From: Cyanobacteria bacterium P01_A01_bin.123
GTDB lineage: Bacteria > Cyanobacteriota > Cyanobacteriia > Phormidesmidales > Phormidesmidaceae
Length of the DNA: 64,000 bases
Assembly: GCA_039815185.1 (NCBI GenBank)
Contig: JBCBZT010000020.1
Location: forward strand, 1 to 64,000
Direction of reading: 5' to 3'
Positions 59,601 to 64,000 of the stretch are shown here, piece by piece. A program made the translations under genes and the position numbers. The notes below the pieces were generated by a model, which was given only the letters and a program-made list of their open reading frames with translations, did no database searches and was not told the DNA's origin. Every line of letters starts with the position of its first letter. The first letter of the stretch is position 1.

Positions 59601-61508
59601 GGCTCAGGCTATTTCTTTACCAGTAGCAGTGGTACCGATCGCGACGATGGGACAGGTTCTGATGCTAATCAGACAACCGGCTTAACCGATGTGATTACTA
59701 TCGCCAGCGGCGACGACGAACGCGACATTGATGCGGGTCTTACCACCACCCCACCAACAGGCCAAGCCACCCTGGGTGACTATGTCTGGTTAGATGCCAA
59801 TGGTGATGGCATTCAAGATGCCAATGAAACGGGTGTTAACGGGGTCAGCGTCATGCTCTATCAGAGTGACGGCACCTTTGTGGGCACCACCCAAACCAGT
59901 AATGACACCAATGGTAATCCGGGGTATTACATCTTCCAAAACCTGCCACCCGGTGATTACTACGTCGAGTTCAATCCACCCGCAGGGTACAATGCTTCTC
60001 CGCAAAGTCAGGGGAGCGACACAGCTCAAGACTCCGATGCTGATCCCACCGATGTCGATGGGACAACGCCAGGAACCCAAGCCCGAACAAATCCATTTAC
60101 CCTCAGCGCAGGTCAAAACGAAACTGATATCGATTTCGGGATCGTGCCCCAACCGCGTATCGGTGACTATGTCTGGATTGACCTCAACCGTGACGGCATC
60201 CAGGATGGAACAGAGGTTGGGCTCAATGGCGTCACAGTCAATCTCTATGAAGACGGTAATCTCACCCCCGTAGACACGATCGTGACTGCCGACGATATTC
60301 AAGGCAATCCTGGTTATTATGCCTTTGCCACTGGAGGACTTAGCGGTGACTATTCGATTGAGTTTGTGCTGCCTAGCGGATATGAATTTTCGCCACAAAA
60401 CTCTGGCAGCGATGACACCCTCGACTCAGATGTCAATACCGCAACGGGGCGCATTGAGATTACTGGCGTCACCAACACAACCACTGATTTGAGTCTAGAT
60501 GCTGGGGTCAACCAACCGGCACCAGGGCCTGGCTTCGTAGGCGACTTTGTCTGGTTAGATCTCGATGAAGATGGCATTCAAGATCCAACCGAAACTGGCT
60601 TTAACGATGTCACGGTCAGACTGCGTAGGGCTAGCGATGACAGCCTTTATGCTGAGACAGTCACAGCAGATTCTCTGGGGCGACCTGGCTACTATCTGTT
60701 TAGCAACGTACCGGATGATGACTACTATGTTGAATTCGTACTGCCAGAAGACTACTTAGCCTCACCTGCAAATGCTGGCAGTGATGACTCGGAAGATTCC
60801 GATGTGGATAGTGCGGATGCAGATCCGAATGTGTCAGGGGTAGAGACTGATGCGGATCTGAGTACGAGTGCGATTGAGCTAAGAACGCCATCATTCAACG
60901 TGACTAGCACCTCCGACAATCGCACTATTGACATGGGGATTTACCGTGACCCTAATGCCCCTGAACCTCCAAGCGTGGTGCTACTCAAGCGAATCACAGC
61001 TATTAATAACGTTCCTATTGCCTTCGACGGGCCTCAAACCCCAGAAGAAGATGAGGTTGATGATCTATTTCCATCTAACTTTTTAGAAGGGACAGTGGAT
61101 GGCGGTGAAACGAGACCGGGCGATGAAATTGAGTACACGATCTACTTTATTTCTAACGGCGATCGCGCAGCTGAAAATGTGGCTTTCTGCGACCTAGTGC
61201 CAGAATACACAACGATCAGTTCAACTGCTTTCAATGCCAACCCAGCCACCCAAGATACGGGGGGAATCCCAGGGGCCGATCGCGGCATTGTGCTCGGTCT
61301 TGGTAGTGATGAACTCTCAATGACCAATGTGGCCGATGGCGATCGCGGGGTTTATGTACAACCGGGTGATCCGACTGGACTCGACTGTGGCGGCCCGAAT
61401 AGCAATGGTGCCGTAGTTGTGTTCATTGGCGATATTCCCAACGCTAACGGCAACCCAAACCCCAACACCTCCTACGGATTCGTCAGATTCCGAGCGCGGG
61501 TGCAGTAG
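56622..61508 (+). CDS. Large DUF11 / SdrD-B repeat adhesin-like protein; candidate tip subunit
   Basis: Signal peptide ending ARA; five DUF11-like domains, four GD(F/Y)VWxDxxxxGxQD SdrD-B repeats, C-terminal LLKRI..PGDEIEYTIYF..YGFVRFRARVQ. Confidence 0.88.
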   Translation: MSLLPRYLSLFARAAKNRPSALLAAATILTTTLGFVTPARADSTLNVIKTALDLNGADITDVESGQDFLFEIKWSCSLDDINVDICEDVQISDVIPTELEYVGLEEGEGARANYNSGTRTFTYDLGTIQGDSAAGSIAIRVRFPEGVTADNVTANNTAVIESATANPPGQKSSSDDITSDVSNPAGKWNVTKNKLLPSGDPILDGDVTYEVSLAPTQRTGNLNLENVVMTDTPEVGAEVVSVSNGGVFNDGDGDGIVDPGDTITWNVGDRTVGQETYRAQVVLSYPAATFNSSGAAPDTLPDVTNSVTGAGTFEVTSDAFSDDGEVSHGFVDPDPGLANFQKRNQGFVYGSRPDIGTEFYYDYRIQNTGNVAFDTLTVFDDNLPPEVDALRFRTGRYSNDAGATFTLQYSTDNVNFQNVPGVVDLVVADTEQQNFTLPTGTRGIRIIYENAPVGFNANTRPRLYVEVRTTMEDTGATIQDGEDIDNTATLTGVFNGNDYTDDDDVETFVDRPRAVGIISKEDLTNSGPYAPSELVEFRLTAGNRRNARRTLENPVVVDILPDGLAYVANSYVFDAGDSGLSAPSNFEVIENYNGSGQTLLRWTWEGQAADYDDGSDGNAFNDDKTWTITYKAGIEEGDIQGSITNTVYLSTYDTSTDPADFVCHSRGDNDIGDSDDIDGDGKTGDDNVYNSNSSTTNDNPLCRATADVTVTTLPFLEARKRVQGGLNNSYEISGQSYPGGAVDYQITVTNTGTTPIEDLVVVDIFPNIDDTSVLNTNVPRNSEWRPYLVGPIEVQVPTAQVYYSVSSNPCRLNPLDGTDQLWPPGCVDDWTTTFPNDPTTVTAVKIDYGSFRLNPLTSLTNDWPMRVPVVAPTNESAFNSFALTGRRIDRTSPLLPQEPPRVEVDLQTDDPPVLGDFVWNDANNNGVQDDGENGINGVVVELYRPGADGIPGTPDDEFVDFTMTGPNHFGFPGFYEFAYLDPGDYFLKFIPPTGSGYFFTSSSGTDRDDGTGSDANQTTGLTDVITIASGDDERDIDAGLTTTPPTGQATLGDYVWLDANGDGIQDANETGVNGVSVMLYQSDGTFVGTTQTSNDTNGNPGYYIFQNLPPGDYYVEFNPPAGYNASPQSQGSDTAQDSDADPTDVDGTTPGTQARTNPFTLSAGQNETDIDFGIVPQPRIGDYVWIDLNRDGIQDGTEVGLNGVTVNLYEDGNLTPVDTIVTADDIQGNPGYYAFATGGLSGDYSIEFVLPSGYEFSPQNSGSDDTLDSDVNTATGRIEITGVTNTTTDLSLDAGVNQPAPGPGFVGDFVWLDLDEDGIQDPTETGFNDVTVRLRRASDDSLYAETVTADSLGRPGYYLFSNVPDDDYYVEFVLPEDYLASPANAGSDDSEDSDVDSADADPNVSGVETDADLSTSAIELRTPSFNVTSTSDNRTIDMGIYRDPNAPEPPSVVLLKRITAINNVPIAFDGPQTPEEDEVDDLFPSNFLEGTVDGGETRPGDEIEYTIYFISNGDRAAENVAFCDLVPEYTTISSTAFNANPATQDTGGIPGADRGIVLGLGSDELSMTNVADGDRGVYVQPGDPTGLDCGGPNSNGAVVVFIGDIPNANGNPNPNTSYGFVRFRARVQ

Positions 61509-62774
61509 TTAAGACAGGAGTCTGCGCCGTAGCCTATCCAGGGCTGACATGCGACTTAAATGTCGCACCCAGTCCCGGCCTCTAAACCCGCCAAACCGAT
61601 AGGCTACGCTATGAACCCTACCCTTGGGATCCGCCAGACCAATGTAGACCAATCCCACCGGCTTCTCCTCGGTACCGCCCCCTGGGCCAGCAATCCCTGT
61701 GATGCTGAGTGCCCAGTCAGTGCCAAGATGTTGCTTGACGCCAAGGGCCATTTGATTGGCGACTGATTCACTAACGGCACCGTGGGTTGCAAGGGCTTGG
61801 GCATCAACCCCAAGTAGTTTGACCTTAACCCCATTGTCATAGGAAATAATGCCGCCCCAAAAGTAATCGGAACTGCCGGGGACTTCTGTGAGAATTTGGC
61901 CTAAGCCGCCGCCGGTACAAGATTCAGCTACGGAGAGAGTTTGGTGATGCGATCGCAGCAGATTTCCCAAGACTGACGCTAAGGTGTCATCATCAGCACC
62001 GTAGCAGTCCATATCTGCGATCGCGCGAATTTTGTCTTCTACTGGAGCAATCAGGTTTTTGGCCTCAGCTTCGGTCTTTGCTTTGGCCGAAATCCGCAGC
62101 CGCACTTCTCCATTACCTGCATAGGGAGCAACGGTGGGGTTTTTGAGGTCGAAGACGGGGGCAACTTTTTCCGCTAGGCCCGATTCGCTCACACCCCAAA
62201 ACCGCAACACCCGACTGTGAATGACCGACTGTGCCCAACCGTGCTGTTCTAGATAGGGCACGGCAGTTTGCTGCCACATAGCGTGCATTTCTCGCGGTAC
62301 CCCCGGAAACGTCATAATTACTAGTTCAGATTCTGGACTCCAAAGAATGCCTGGTGCGCTACCCAAGGGGTTCGGCAGCACATCGGCGCCTTCCGGGAAA
62401 CAAGCCTGTTTGCGATTGTTGTCGGTCATTACCCGACCCCGCTTTTCAAACTTTTGGCGAATCTTTTCGAGTTCATCGGCCCGTTCAATCAGCGGGACAT
62501 CAAAAAAGCTGGCTAGGGTTTCAGTTGTCAAATCATCGGGGGTGGGGCCAAGGCCGCCCGTAAATATTAAAAGACGCGATCGCGCTTTGGCCGTCGCGAT
62601 CGCGTCTTTTAGCCGTTGAGGGTTGTCACCTACCACAGTTTGGTAGTAGTGGGGAATACCGAGTTGGGCCAACTGCTGAGCCAAAAACTGAGCATTGCTG
62701 TTGAGAATTTCCCCCAGCAACAGCTCCGTACCCACACAAATCACTTCTGCACACATTTCCATGGTATTCCCCAT
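61509..62774 (-). CDS. cinA: Competence/damage-inducible protein CinA (MoCF + PncC domains)
   Basis: VGTELLLG, TGGLGPTPDDLT, PGVPREM, AESCTGG, ITGIAGPGG; true start may be 62762 or 62756. Confidence 0.95.
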   Translation of the reverse strand: MGNTMEMCAEVICVGTELLLGEILNSNAQFLAQQLAQLGIPHYYQTVVGDNPQRLKDAIATAKARSRLLIFTGGLGPTPDDLTTETLASFFDVPLIERADELEKIRQKFEKRGRVMTDNNRKQACFPEGADVLPNPLGSAPGILWSPESELVIMTFPGVPREMHAMWQQTAVPYLEQHGWAQSVIHSRVLRFWGVSESGLAEKVAPVFDLKNPTVAPYAGNGEVRLRISAKAKTEAEAKNLIAPVEDKIRAIADMDCYGADDDTLASVLGNLLRSHHQTLSVAESCTGGGLGQILTEVPGSSDYFWGGIISYDNGVKVKLLGVDAQALATHGAVSESVANQMALGVKQHLGTDWALSITGIAGPGGGTEEKPVGLVYIGLADPKGRVHSVAYRFGGFRGRDWVRHLSRMSALDRLRRRLLS

Positions 62775-63037
62775 CCCAACAACGTCTACCAGACACCATC
62801 ATAGTCAGGAGGCAGAAGTCAGAAATCAGAATAAATGACTGCTGTTATGGGGAACCCCTAGAACTTGATCGACGACACAGAAGTAGGACAGTGTTTACAC
62901 TAGATAAGCAGCATCCGACTTGAAAGCTGGAGTTTTTAGCTTTCAAGAAGCATGAGTCTGGATGTAGATGAGACTTAAAGTGCGTATCTTCATTGAATAG
63001 TGCAACAGTGATTAATCCAAATTTTCCCTTCACCTTT

Positions 63038-63670
63038 ATGCGACGAGTCGGTTTTGCAGCGAGTGGCCTGAGTGCAACACTGGTAATGCTGGTAATCCCA
63101 CCTCAGGTTTTGGCGCAAGGTCCAGACCCTGATATGGTCATCGCAGTTGACACCAACGCTACTTCGTCTAATTCGCTCTATCATCCTCAACCCATAGGCA
63201 ATGGAGTCATTAGCACTGGGCCTAACCCCTTCCCTGCTAATCTGCCGTCTGTAGAGCCGATTTTCCCTGACGCACCAACAGAAGCAGTGCGATTAGTTTT
63301 GCGCCTTAGCGATCGCCGGGTTTATGTCTATCGAGGGAATGAGCTTGAAGCCAGCTTTCCAGTTGCGGTGGGTCGAGCCGGGTGGGAAACGCCTACCGGG
63401 GAATTTGAAGTGTTTTCCATGGTGGAAGAACCCGGTTGGACCAATCCGTTTACGAATGAAGTGATGCCGCCAGGGCCCGATAATCCACTGGGCGATCGCT
63501 GGATTGCTTTTTGGTCAGATGGCAACAACCTGATTGGGTTTCATGGCACACCCAACCCCGATTCTGTCGGTAGAGCTGCTTCCCATGGTTGCGTTCGTCT
63601 CTACAACGAAGATGTGCGTCAACTCTACGCGATGGTTGAAGTAGGTACCATTGTGGTGATCGAACCTTAG
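63038..63670 (+). CDS. L,D-transpeptidase (YkuD family)
   Basis: PVAVG..TPTG, GPDNPLG.RW, IGFHGT..SHGCVRL. Confidence 0.93.
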   Translation: MRRVGFAASGLSATLVMLVIPPQVLAQGPDPDMVIAVDTNATSSNSLYHPQPIGNGVISTGPNPFPANLPSVEPIFPDAPTEAVRLVLRLSDRRVYVYRGNELEASFPVAVGRAGWETPTGEFEVFSMVEEPGWTNPFTNEVMPPGPDNPLGDRWIAFWSDGNNLIGFHGTPNPDSVGRAASHGCVRLYNEDVRQLYAMVEVGTIVVIEP

Positions 63671-64000
63671 ACTATCGAAGATTGATAGTGCTCAACACAT
63701 GATGATATTGCTGTCTGAAAGCTATACTGCCTTATTCCCGTTTCATTACTTTTAGGGCACTACTCGAACATTAAAACCTGGAGCTTTCAGAACAACATCT
63801 ACGGGTTGCGAACTCTACGTTAGAACCTGCTCTCTGAAGAGTATCTATTTTCTGACGGATAAGGTTGGGAGAACTTTTGCTGTAGTAGTAACCACAAGAA
63901 GGGGATGTCTCTAAGCAAGTAACGTCGCCAAAGACGCTTAGGCTCTGACCGTAAACGATACAGCCATTCTAGGCCTAGGTCACTAATCCATTTGGGCGAT

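Noticed and set aside
62814..62835. Short heptamer-like repeats CAGAAGT/CAGAAAT
   Set aside because: Only about three degenerate units, of a kind common in cyanobacterial intergenic DNA
63038..63670. L,D-transpeptidase as part of the pilus system
   Set aside because: Separated by the oppositely oriented cinA; no sequence evidence of linkage
1..64000. tRNA/rRNA genes and HIP1 sites as a novel repeat
   Set aside because: No tRNA or rRNA recognised; GCGATCGC is the well-known cyanobacterial HIP1

Overview
Cyanobacterial chromosome segment (frequent HIP1 GCGATCGC octamers, devBCA, argZ, Uma2 and GUN4 genes). Housekeeping genes (sphR-like regulator, leuS, hisA, argZ, upp, miaE, aroQ, cinA, an L,D-transpeptidase) are interleaved with accessory blocks: IS6 and probable ISKra4 remnants, a collapsed toxin-antitoxin locus, a NACHT-GUN4 gene, an efflux island (devBCA, two RND/MFP paralog pairs and a TetR with two identical operators), and a two-component/Spy-like/DUF1800/DUF1501 module. 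The main observation is a six-gene cluster at 45358-61508 whose DUF11 domains are split in a complementary way. It comprises a subunit with an N-terminal orphan Asn hairpin plus a C-terminal truncated domain, an acceptor-only adhesin, a donor-only subunit, a non-catalytic acceptor, a large putative outer-membrane beta-barrel and an OmpA protein. I infer a candidate donor-strand-complemented, isopeptide-crosslinked pilus system. A ~95-bp structured element occurs twice, in the same orientation upstream of argZ and miaE. All calls come from reading motifs by eye; no searches were run and novelty is unverified.
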